A stretch of 64,000 nt of DNA from Lepidodermella squamata (lineage: Eukaryota; Animalia; Gastrotricha), in contig JBLDXI010000017.1 of assembly GCA_047495785.1 (NCBI GenBank), forward strand, positions 1,054,001-1,118,000. Direction: 5' to 3'. The notes beneath the pieces are model-generated. The model did not search any database and was not told where the DNA came from. It was given only the letters and a program-made list of their open reading frames with translations. Below are positions 1-12,065 of the stretch, one piece after another (position 1 is the stretch's first letter; each line of letters starts with the position of its first letter). Both the position numbers and the translations under genes were made by a program.

Positions 1-3000
1 CACGCTCGATCAGTACGGCCTGAATGCTGAGTGTTCGATCGAATTTAAGACGGCTCGGCGGCCGCTCGTCGTACAGCTGCCGGATTTACAACTGCGAACG
101 ATGCTTGTTGATTTTTCGGCCACCGTCTTCCGTGTCGTAATCCAAATCTGTAAAGAGCTAAGTGAGTAGTAGTTGCTTTCATTAATTAATTCATTTGTGT
201 TTATTGGTAATTAAATATATCGGGTTCTCGAAAATTAATGTGCGCCATTGCAGCGTCATTTTCTCGCGTTTTGGTAATAATATAACAATAATGCGATGAG
301 ATAAAATTGTCCATTTTGTGCCCGGCGCTTATAATAGCTTTTAATTTTCGCGAAATATTCTGCACGCGTTCTAGATGTCACGCAGGTCTCATTTCAACGC
401 ATCTGTTTAATGTTTGCTGAAAATGAGGTGACAAAATGTCCTTTTGTGATCTCGTCTCACAGGTGCTTAATACGCGTCTTGTGGCTGCGGTTTCTGAACC
501 GTAGCAAATTCGCTGGTCAAACCTCAAGCCACATATGGCCTGCGTAAATACCTGCGTTGGTACACAGCGTAAAGTAACGTCTTGAGGGTCAACGCGCACT
601 AAATATGCGCTCTTGACACTGCGCCGCCGCCGCGCCAAACTTTGCTCTCATTAAGGAGGAGTGTTTGAGTACGTGACTGGTTCGGCAATTCAGTTCCGGC
701 GGCTGACAATACCTGAACTTGGCATTCATCCGCGACGTGCGAAATGCAACAAGGGAAACGGAAAAAAACCGCAGTCCGATAATTCAATCTTCTTCTTAGT
801 CTTCGTTATATATGCGATGAGTGCAAGTCTTTTTGGCGCCGTTTTTATGCTCCCAGCTTGGATTTGTTTTTGTCGCTGAGCAAATATGAGCGGCCTATGT
901 AAGAAGAAAATTAGTAGGCGGATGTAATGCATAGAATAAAAAATCGTGTGACAGCGTTGTTATACGGCGCCGATTTGGGGCCCTTGTATACTCCGAACTC
1001 AGCATAATATAATATCGCTGTCAGCGCGCCTTGTATTCTAGTAGTTGTTATCGCTGCTTGCGTTTATTTTTCCTCCAACGATGATGTCATGATTACTATT
1101 TTTATTAGTTGCGCGATGGTCTGATGTAATATACCTAATACAAAAAAGAGCAGCGATGTTGTTTTGTTTAGGCCGTGTTTACCGCCCCGGCCGGAATTTT
1201 TCCCATCGTATCGCGGGTTTAGTTAAACATCTGGGCATCGATTTTTTTTGTGTTCGATTTTTCGCGTCCGTCTCAAGTGTGAACCATAAACACAGCGAAA
1301 TATCGGGCGGAAACAACTGCTCATTTTTGTTTACCCGCTGTCAAACGACTAGTATGGTGCCTATTGTTATTGATATAAACTGGCCAGTTGTAGTGCCAAC
1401 AGACGCTGGGCACTCGAGAGTGGCACTGAGTGTTGTGTGTATGGGTCAAAAAGCCTGTGCTGGTTATTTGTTTTGTATATTGCCGAGTGGCCTGCGAGGT
1501 CAGCGAGACGCCTGTTCTGCGCTCTGCTTTTCGCCCAGATTACAACGTTGCGCAATTTTCGGGTGGCGAAAACAAACCCTTACCGAAGCACGTTTTCGTG
1601 GGAAGCCGAGACCGAGCCATTATTTACAAGCAAAGAATACAGGGACAATGAATAAACGCGCATTATAATGTGATTAACAATGATAATGATGATAACAAGA
1701 AAATATATTAGGCCATGTGCGCCCTGTTTCGCCCGGTTGGATACAACAAGAAGCGGCCGAAGTGAGTGCGCATCGACTTGAAAACGCAAACTGTTTACGT
1801 TTACGATGCACCGAACTATAACCGAGAGAGAGCTTTCAATTTTGTTTATATCGCACGGATAGAATGTATACACTATATCAAGGTAATCGGTTAGTTATTA
1901 CCTGGAACGGAACCCGTCTGCGTTCTGCTGCTCATCGCCGCCCGACGCCCTAATTAGTTTGTTGGAGCTTCACGCACAATCAATACAAAATGCGAAATAT
2001 TATTATTATTGTTTTCATTATCATCATTATGCCGCGCCGCCGATTTATTCAGCTGCCAAGAATAAGAAGACGAAAACGAAAAAAAGCCGCAACACATTCG
2101 CTGGTGTTCGAGTGCTATATGCAAAGTGCGTGAAAAAACACACATATCGATGATAAGCCGATGCGCTCGGTACAGAGAAAAGAAGATGAGCAATAAAAGT
2201 CATTGAAACTTGAAATATATGCGCGCGCTTTAAAAAACTTGACTTATTTTGATATCACAGAGTTTCAATAATGCGAAAAACAACGCGCGACATCTTTTGA
2301 CGCCGGCGTGCAAGTGAGACTTAAATTTTTGTAGTAAATTGCCGCCGCGAGTCCTATTACTCGTGTGTTGCATTTACAGCTCATCTTTTTGTACAAAATG
2401 CATTGCTACTATTATTAATTGGCGCGAGCGCTAAATGGCACTTTTGAGGCATTACAAAATGATGTTGTAAAGTCAAAAACAATAATTTTAGCTACTTGCA
2501 CGAGGTATTCATATTACAAATTGAAAGTTGAATGAAACAGAAAGTAGATTAAATTACTTCATAATTGCGTAAATAAGCCCACAGCTTGCTGTAGTTTATT
2601 AAAACAAAATGGGATATAATACAAAAATGGCTTAAAGGCACTTTTGAGACATTTTAAGATGTTGTAAAAGTCATAGAGGAAATGAGAAAAATCGCACCCA
2701 AAATTTCTAAAATTATCTAATTTAAGCAAAAATCAATTGAATAATAATTGAAAATGTGAAACGAAAAAGTATATGAATATTTATTTTTTGCAGAATTGAG
2801 ACATCCCGAAGAACTGTCTTTGATGCTGCATTTATCAAAGGAAGATCAAAGGGCCTACGCCTCGAAGATGCAAGATCGAAGGCGGAAACCTGCAAAGACG
2901 AAGCATGACCAAGACGCGGGTACTTTACTGTCGCCGACCGGGACAAACGAGCCTCGGTGGACTGTTTCGCCTACTCAGACTATGAACCGAACGTTAGGCG

Positions 3001-6000
3001 GCGGTTCAGGGCCTAAAACGCCGACTGCTATGCGAACACCGCCAACTGGCAGCAGTCAATTCGCCACGTTCCGACGCGGCGGTCCCGATACACCGAACAG
3101 CCCGGCCTCGGCTTCAAACACCCTGTCGCCGATGTCTTACTACTCGTCGACCATGCCTCGCCCGGCTATGCTGCTGGCGGATGGCAGCAATGGCAGTGGC
3201 GCCGGGTCGCCGGCTGGGTTTGCGAATACGTTGATTCGATCGCGGAATGGCAACTCATACGAGCCGTACAATCCGCTGTTGGATTTGATCAGCACCCCAC
3301 ATATTTCGATCACAGAAGCAGCCCAACGGCTGACTACATCGCGGCCTCGTGGAATCATCGATAAAGCCTTCGCCAATGCATGGTAAGAAAAAATGAAATG
3401 GAATTGAAATTATTACCGCTTTGGAAAAATAGCCGAAAAATTCCGAATTGAGGTGGATTGATTCAATTTTAATTTCAAATAATTTAATGATTAAAAATAG
3501 ATATTTGGTATTTTCCGGGATTTTATAAGTCGATAAAATTCCGCTTAAAATTCTGATAGTATTTTGAAGAATATTCAAAATTCTGCAGAATTTGGAAGTT
3601 ATACCATTTCTGGTCCACCATGAGATAATATTGTAGGTTCTTATCTCTCTTTGTATAGTAAGTATATACGTTTTTTATGTCTCTCAGTCAATTAAAAGTC
3701 TTATCTCATGATTAGTTTTATACACTACCCAATGGGAGTTGCCATCCTCATTTTTTCGGGCGTATACTCTCATTTCTCCGGAATTAGTTTTTGTCACTTT
3801 TTTATCTCTATTATCGTTCATGAACTGCATAGCGGAACTTGGCGTAGGCGGGCGAAAAATTTGGCCGTTGTTGCTTTCGTTTGATCTTTATTAGAGCCGC
3901 GCACACGTGCGTTTTTATTCACGCTCTGCGTATATATGTTGTTGAGTTGCAACCCTGATAACGCAAATCGTAAATACCAACCGCTGATTTTATTTGGCGC
4001 CTTGTTTGCGCGCTTTCGTGGTTTTACGACACACGGCCGGACGATAAGATATCGCGCGTGGTGAAATTGTTGTTCGGTCGTGCCTGCAACTGCCGGAGCT
4101 GACCTCTTGAAACACCGCTAGCGATTTTATACTCTACGGCTATGTAAAGTATTATTGGCAATTACGTATTCAAAGCGCGTCGCTTGTGGTCCGCGACCAT
4201 TTTCGACACTACAAGCACGCGCTATTTTCGGGTATTTACCACGATGTTTTCTGGTGCGGTTTAGAAATGTCTCGGCGACACTTGTTCGTGACACGGTAGA
4301 AAAAATTGTTATTACAACGCGCCGCGGTGGTATTTAAAGCGACACGTGTAGGTATATTTATCACGCCAATAATTTATTATTATTATTATTTCGTGAAAAG
4401 CAGAACTCAACGTCGTAAAAGCTGTGTTTTATCGACTTTTCTCCTCGGGTCGTCGCGTTGTACATAAATACCCGAGAAAAATATGCGGCGCTATTTAGTG
4501 AAAAATTTTGGTGTTTTTACGACCTTGTATGTATGCGTCGCGTTCCAATGAAGCGAAATAATTGCGTCTTAATTTATGGGCAAGTGGCGCGGGTCTTTTG
4601 TCGAAAATATAATGGAGCGGCGAGATTCGTCTTCATAATTTACTGATAAAAAGATGAGAAAGACTGCAATACTTTCATAGCTTGACGATAAAGAGAGAGA
4701 GAGAAAATTAAATCGAACTGCGACCAGTATGGAACCGATAAAAATGTACCGCTTGATAACGAAAATAACGATTCGATCGTAAAAGTGAACTTCATATCGG
4801 AAGAAAGTGTAACAACTATTTATAGCCATCAGCGAGTCAAATTATTGCAAATGCAATAGGGTCTTTGAAACTAAATATTGTGGAACTAAATTTCACCGGA
4901 AGCGGATCCATATATTGTCAATTCTTGATTCGCAACTACGTGAAAAAATATCAAAATAAATTCCATAAAATTCTGTGGAATTTTCAGTTCAAGTTCAGGT
5001 GAGCACTTCATTATGATTTAGAGAAATTATTTGAAATTAACGCCTTTTTGAACTTGGATTTTGGTTTTTTATTCAATTTTATGCTGAATTTTCTTAAATA
5101 TTATAATCCCATTTTTTTGTATTTTTCAGCTGGCTAGATTCGAGTAAATCCTTACTCGAACAGGGCATCGACAAGGGCGATCGGTTGATGCTGCGCTACA
5201 AATTTTTCTCATTCTTCGACTTGAAACCAACTAAACCAAACCTTGTCCGGCTTAACCAACTGTACGAACACGCGAAATGGAGCGTTCTCGGCGAAGAAAT
5301 CGACGCGACCGACGAGGAAGCTTTCAATTTCGCCGGCCTGCAGTACCAAATCAGAACACGCCAGGCGTTGGATACAAGCAGTTCCGAAGACCTGTTATCC
5401 TCCAGCGGCAATTTACCCCTAGGAGCTGGGCCTATTTCGCCGAATTCCAACGCGTTAGGCCCAACTTCGAGGCCGGTTAACGCGGATGATGTCGACGCTG
5501 CGATTACCCAGCTTCAAGTTCAGTTGGAGACTGGAATTTCCAGCCGATCACCGGGCGTTGCCCCGAATTCGACGCTACAACGCTCGACAAGCCCCGCCGC
5601 CCAGTCGAACCAGTCGCGATCACCGGCAAGCGCTGGTCAAGAAAATTTGCAAGAAATTCCAGAATTGAAAGACTTCCTTAAAATTTCGCGGAAAAGCCGT
5701 TTTGGCCTGAATAAATTTTCCTCATCCTCGCCGTATTGGCTGGTTCTCCGCGACCTTCAGCTGACGATTTATCGGTCGAAGGAAGATGCGAATTGCGCGA
5801 CAACGCCACCTGTTGAGCGCATGAAACTGGTCAATTGCGAGGTTCAGTCAACGGCGCGATCGGCGTCCGACCGCAAATTTGTCATTCGGCTGTTTGTTCC
5901 GCATTCTGATGGCATGACTGAAATTGTGCTCAAGTGTAAAAATGTGCAGCAATACGCGGCGTGGCTGGGCGCGTTTCGGCTAGCTTCGCGCGGCAAATCC

Positions 6001-7643
6001 ATGGCGGATGCTTCGTATGAAAGTGAGGTTCAGTGCGTGCTATCGTCATTGACGAGCCCGTCGCGGCAAATGTCGGGTGGGGCGGGGTCGAAACCGGCGC
6101 TGGTCATTTCTTCGCCGTTGTCGAGTTCCAACGGGAAAGGATCGCCGAGCCCACCTGTTGAGCTCAACATCGCCGAATATCTGCCTCAGAGCATCGCGAA
6201 ACGCTTCAAACAAAAAGAGGTGAGAATTTTCGAATTTTTCTTTTCTAAAAAAAATTGAAAAAAAGATTGAAGATTGACATAAAACTTGAAGATCTTGCTC
6301 TAATTCGGTCGAATTTACTGATTGGGCAAATCCTTAAATTTGAAACGGGGCACTAATTTGGAGTATTGGGAGTATCAGGCTCTGAAATACCCTGTTATAG
6401 TACAGTTTGTCCCAAAAGATGGGACAAATCTTTCAACTTTTTTGCAGAAAATCTGCTCATTTTTTCCAAATCAAAGGTGCATAGAGCATTTTCCATCTTT
6501 TATTTTCTATATCACTCAAGAAAATTCAAATGGGTGATGTAAACAATTGCAACACTAAAACCGAAAGTGTACCACTGAATTTTTGGATTTTTTCCATTTT
6601 TCTTCCATTTTGATCGATGAAGATGATGCCCTTATGAGGGACTACTTCGTTATGAAAAGGCTTTGAATATTTTTTCGACTTGGTACCTCGGGATGTAGAA
6701 TGCTGAAAATATCGGTCCCGGAGTTGCTTACTGATGTATAACTCATTAACTGATCGCCTATAGCGCTAAATGCGGGTAGCAGCCATATTTATTTTTGGGC
6801 TTGATCAAAATTCAGATTCCCAGGAAGATGTGGAAAACAAAATTTTCTGGCTGTCTATTGTTACAGCCTTAGATTCTACTGAATTTCACTGAAGAAAAGC
6901 ATGAAATCCGAAAAATAAACGAGCTATCGAAACTCTGATACCGAACACCAAGGTATCGAGCCTTCGCTTTGATTTCCTTTGTTCAGAGATTTTGAAATTG
7001 AGAGAAATTTGCATGGGAATTTTGAAGAATAAAGAAAATTTAAATGTTCGCCGGAATTTCGACAATATTTTTCGTGATTTTTTTATTTCTCATGGTTCTA
7101 TCTTGGATCTTTAAATTCAATGCTACCATTTTCTCATCCCTGCTCTCAATTTTTCAGATAATTAATCGGATATTAGAGGCGCATTCCCGAGTCAGCGCGC
7201 TCTCTTCGACCGAGGCGAAAATGGCGTATATCCGTCAATGGGAAGCGCTGCCCTACTTCGACGTCTCGTACTTCCTCGTGCGAATCGTTCAAATCGGCCA
7301 TACAACATTGCCGGCATCCAACAACAACAAGCCCAACATCGATCAGATGGACGTGATTGGCGTAACCCCGAACAAGCTGATCCGTTACGACTCGCCTAAA
7401 TCCATGTCAATCGTTCAAGTTTGGCCGTTCGAACGCATCACATCGTGGCAGGTCGACTGGGAGAAGCGAAACGTGAAAATTGAATCCGAAGACGGCCTTC
7501 TCGCCTTCTCGTGCTACTCATGCGATTGCAAAATCTTCCACGAATTGCTAGGCGGCTACATTTTCATGGCGCTCCGTTCATCGGCTCAAAATAAACAACT
7601 CGATGAGGAAATGTTCCAGAAGCTGACAGGAGGCCGGGAATAA
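1..7643 (+). CDS. FERMT: Kindlin/fermitin family FERM-PH integrin co-activator, 5'-truncated by the window edge; exons <1-161, 2794-3382, 5130-6219, 7158-7643
   Basis: The spliced translation gives TLDQYG...VQLPDL...ICKELKLRHPEELSL, NACWLDSSKSLLEQG...LRYKFFSFFDL, LNQLYEHAKW, PELKDFL, QYAAWLGAFRLASRGKSMADASYESEV, RILEAH and CKIFHELLGGYIFMALRS...FQKLTGG. These match kindlin F0/F1/F2-PH/F3 motifs. Introns are GT-AG with consistent phases. Confidence 0.96.
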
Positions 7644-9080
7644 AAATCAAAAATAATAAAATTATATTCGAATAAATTGAAACACCCTGAAATTTATATT
7701 ATATTATACCGTGCCTAAATATCATTTATCAAATTATTGTAGAATATAAATTGATTTTTTCTATTCATAAATTATTGGCTTGTTGCAGGAAAAATCTTTT
7801 ATATAACGCCTGTGGTGCTTGTTACATATCAATTTATTGCGAATTTGACCACAAATACATTGACAACTGCGATCTTCACATCCGATTCTTCAACTTGAGA
7901 AAAGTCTCTCTAAGTAGAGTGAACCCCTATCATCATCAAAATCTATAGCGTAGAGCTGGCGATTTTTTAAGAAAAAATCGCGGCGAGAAATACACGAGTT
8001 CGACCCGGTATTTAATCCTTGAATTTTATGATCGTGAGTGAACTACTGTAAAAATGTGTTGTTAGAGTTAGAAGATATCCAACTACTGCTTTTCGTGTAA
8101 ATATAATTTGAACCGATTTTCGCGGAAATAATGATGATACATTCTTGTTTAAAGTCGCTTTAAATGCTGATTTCCTCGATTTTTTCTACATCAAGAATAT
8201 CTTCACTTGTTAACATTATTTGTAAACCATTTATTTGCTTTATCTGATTTGTTTTACGATTTTATTCAACCAATAATTGTTGTGTTATTGTGCACCTTGG
8301 AAGAGATCATCATGTACCTACAATTTTATCGTATATTGATAATTTTTTTTGAATTTTTTTTCACGAGCGATGTGGGCGATGTCGATGACATAACTTATCA
8401 TCTACATGACGTAAATAGGTATACAATTATTTAATTTCAATATATTATTCGGAATTTGATGAGTTGCAAATAAGAGAGCAAGTGAATTTGATCAACACTG
8501 TGCGTGTTTTTGGCGCTTTGAGTGTTTTTGAATGAAATGACGGCAGTTTTATTGAAATAAAGTGAAAATTATTACGAAAATCAAGGCGTTATTGTTTTCA
8601 GTTTCAATGTTTCAAGGAAAGGAATTGATCGGCTGAATCTCGCATGCCAATCGGTTCCAAAGTCGAAAATTCAGCGTGGTACCTACCTTACCTGTTCCAC
8701 CTGGACGATTATCTCAAGAACTGTGATAGTAGCTGGGAAGCCGCTCTCAAAGAAAAAGTTCATCAACGTGATGAGATATAGCTAGAAATGAATTAAGTTG
8801 GGTCATAGGTAATACTTCGTGCAAAATCGATTTTGATGACACTTTAGTGCAGTTTGGTGACAGTCCCAAAAAACGGCTCCTAGCTCATCACCAAGCCTAC
8901 GAGATATTGGTCATTTATCCGTTTTCCCCGGATTTATACGATTTCCCGGCGCGGATATATGCCTTTTAGACACCCTGGGATTGTAGTCACCCTACAGGAT
9001 TTTTTTAAATATAGGGTGGCAGGAAAAGATGCCGTTGGGCTTAAATGGACAACGTTAATCCGCTAATTTATAAGGTGGAA

Positions 9081-9206
9081 TACAGTGGGATTCCGATTTC
9101 CAGCCTTTTATCTGCGGTTCCAAGAAAATCCTGACGGGAAATCCAGGTATTTTTGCGTGAAATTGCCCTCTGCGGGTCCTAAACGGGAAGTCGGGGTTTC
9201 ACTGTA
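9081..9206. mobile_element. Small (~126 bp) non-autonomous DNA transposon (MITE), Tc1/mariner/pogo-like
   Basis: The left end tacagtgggattccgatttcc and the right end ggaagtcggggtttcactgta form 21-nt imperfect inverted repeats. All five mismatches are transitions. Both ends carry TA and a CAGTG terminus. Confidence 0.6.
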
Positions 9207-9865
9207 TTTCGTTAAAGGTGGAATAGCATGGTTAAACTACATGACTGCAGAACATAAGCAATTTTGAAAGGGATAGCTAAATAGTAAACAATTTGTGCCA
9301 AAAATATAAAATCCAGCGCCTTCTTCGGAGAAACTTCATCTCATTATCTATAGCTTGTTGTCTATTGTTAAAGAATTTCAAGGTTAATAACTCAAGATTT
9401 TCGAGCTTACAATATACGACTTCTTCGAAAAACCACGCGTGTCTCTGTGCCTTGGCCCTCGGCCAAATCGGGTGTTGAACAGTGGGGTAAAATGCAAAGA
9501 TCGGCAATATATTAATTCAGCTGATGGTATAGAGACGCTTCCGGTGCCCACTACACACCGCAATATCCTCACTTCATTACATTTGCCTTCAAGTATCACT
9601 TGTTTTATTAATGTCGCTAATAATCGCTGATGATTATTGTCACTGCGCGCGCGCGACGCCTCTTGCGAAAAGAGTGTATTATAGGAAAGGACTTGCCGCA
9701 TTTGACCAGGCCCACGGTAAATATTCGCAACAAAACGAACAAGACGCGAGCGCGGTTTCTTTCGCGAAGCAACAAATTAGTTTGCGGTACCACAACAACA
9801 ACAAAACCTGCTGGTGCGGCCGCGACCGAGGGACATTTTTGCAGAGCTAATTTTTCGCTTCTCTC

Positions 9866-12065
9866 ATGACATCACCGACATCGGACTTATCGAATTCGCC
9901 ACTTTATCAGCAAAAAAGCTCGCCTTCGAAGCCAATGACGACTAGACGCCTTTTGATGATCAAGTATCTCAGAGTAGGGTGTCTCGCCCTTTCGATAATG
10001 TCCCTAGTTTTCTCCTCAACCTCGTACAGCACAAATCGATGGTCGGTATCGTCGAACGACCTAGCAGTCGATAAATTCAATTTACCGCTAACTTTTGCCG
10101 ATCGGCATACAAAAGATGCCGAGTGTCGTTCGAAAATTTGTCGCGTTCTCGACGAACGGAAGGACGCGCTATTAGTCGGGCGTATCTACCGCGGGCTGAG
10201 TACAGTCTGCGAAATGGTGCAGCGTCGAACTGGCGAGACTTTAGTTCTAACTTGTGCTAGAACTGACGATAATTTCATCGATGTCAGTGTTATAAGACGG
10301 CTGCATTTATCGGCTGTTATTATATCGACGTTTAGCATTTTGATTTCGGGCTGGCTATTGGCGATTGGGCTGCATCGGCCGATTTCGGCGGGCAGTAAGC
10401 ATGTCTTGTGCGGGTCGAATGTTCGCAAGTTTCCGGTTCATAAAATCGGCGAGTGCACTCTGGTGCTTCAGGTGACTTCAATCGTCCTCCATCTACTCAG
10501 CAGTCTACTTCTTGGTAAGTCTGGAACGGAAAATACTTGGTGCTTTCAGACTAAGAATAGCTGAATCATTAGGACTATCTAGATCCGTCGAAAACGCTAG
10601 AAAATAAGATGGAAAACATCTCATTACTCCGAAATCGGAGGGTGGGTAGCCAGTTTTAGAAAAAAAAATCGTCCACCAAAACGTTGAGTACCACAGTTTA
10701 GTGTCATCTGAAGTGAATTTCCTAACATCATGCGAGAATTGGATTTTAACCCAGGAATTAATTCAAGCCTTGAAAAATTCACCTGATACAAATCTTTTAG
10801 AATTTAAGCTAATAGATAGCTGCTACTTTTAGAAAATGTTATCGGCAAAGCATCTAATTCATAGGAAAAGAAAGAATGTCTTGTCCCTAGTTAAAATTCT
10901 AAATAAATGCCGCATTTGTTCGAATTGTTGCCCACGGTTGAGGGGTAAAGTCGGTTCGGAAACACAAAAAATGAATTATTCACCAATTTTCGAATTTTTC
11001 ACAATTTGAGGTTGAAAGTTTAATAGCCCGGGCAGTTATATAGGAACAGATAAAAGACTAGATCTAGAGCGATCTTTCACCGGCTCAGTTTAAAAGTTGG
11101 CAACAAAAAAGGTCATTTTTTTAACATTTAGGAGTTCAGTAAAATTTCACATTTCAAATCCTGACGAAGCCGGGTTGAGTTGATGATTGATGATATTACT
11201 ATAAAAAATCGGGCAGAATTTTATCTCTTTTCATTAAAATTTTCACTGAACACCGAAAATTTCGAGATTTCAATTTTCAAAGGATGATTCACTATCTAGG
11301 AAAATTTACCTTTTCAACAATTCCTAACCTGAACCTGAAAATGTTGATCAAATTTGAAAGATAGAATTCAATTCCGTAAAGCTGAGTTGTCGTGGCTGAG
11401 TTGTCGTTAAACCATGAATTCATTTAGAGCTATTCTTATAGTCTTTTTGAAAATGTTGGCAAAGTATACTCTCAACAACCCAAATTTGCATTTAATTGCT
11501 CCATATTTTTTTTACTCTCAAATCCGAAAACAGTTTACGGTTTAAAAGTTCTGCGACTGCTCAGCCTTAAAATCATATCAATTTGCTTTTAGGTATGGGC
11601 AGTGTTATGTACGTTTCGAACAAGCAGCCCGAAGAAGTTGTTTCCTATTCGTTCTTCTTCTCAACTGTCGCATTTTCGTGCCATCTCGCCGCCGCTCTCG
11701 CTGTTACGACCGACTTTTTCATTTGCGCGGCTGTTAATAACCGCAGTCACCGGGTTCACCCCAACAACCCAAACGAATTCACCTCCGCATTTCAGCACCA
11801 CCTAGAAGGACCTGGCTCCGGATCGGGTGGTAATTCGTCGAATTTCTCAACAGTTTCCGGCACGCTAGGAATAGGATTTCGGCCGATATTGAGTGTCCAC
11901 AAGCCGAATGCAGTGACACCGATACCCGGCCAGACGTCATCATCGGCCGCAGTTGGGCCTAATCCGACAAGTTCACCGCCAAGTCAGCAAAACATGGCTC
12001 AAGGTTCATCGAACGGCAACTATGAACCGCCTTCTTTTGTAACTTGCATGCGTTATCATGACTGA
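9866..12065 (+). CDS. Claudin/PMP22-superfamily four-transmembrane protein; exons 9866-10514, 11593-12065
   Basis: Four hydrophobic segments are present (VGCLALSIMSLVFSS; LSAVIISTFSILISGWLLAIGL; LVLQVTSIVLHLLSSLLLGMGSVMYV; YSFFFSTVAFSCHLAAALAV). There is a Trp after TM1 and a GLSTVC..C variant of the W-GLW-C-C signature. A phase-1 intron runs gtaagt...ttttag. The tail is S/P/N-rich. Confidence 0.78.

Noticed and set aside
162-2793. Numerous 60-170 aa ORFs in kindlin intron 1 and other non-coding stretches
   Set aside because: No recognisable motifs, often non-ATG starts and overlapping frames. They are consistent with chance ORFs.
7420-7465. Kindlin F3 integrin-binding QW motif reads SW (ITSWQVDWE)
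   Set aside because: The key Trp is retained and, as I recall, the preceding residue varies among invertebrate kindlins. This is not evidence of lost function.
11381-11407. Tandem gctgagttgtcgt x2, and similar short repeats near 25910
   Set aside because: Too short to assign. They are probably repeat remnants.
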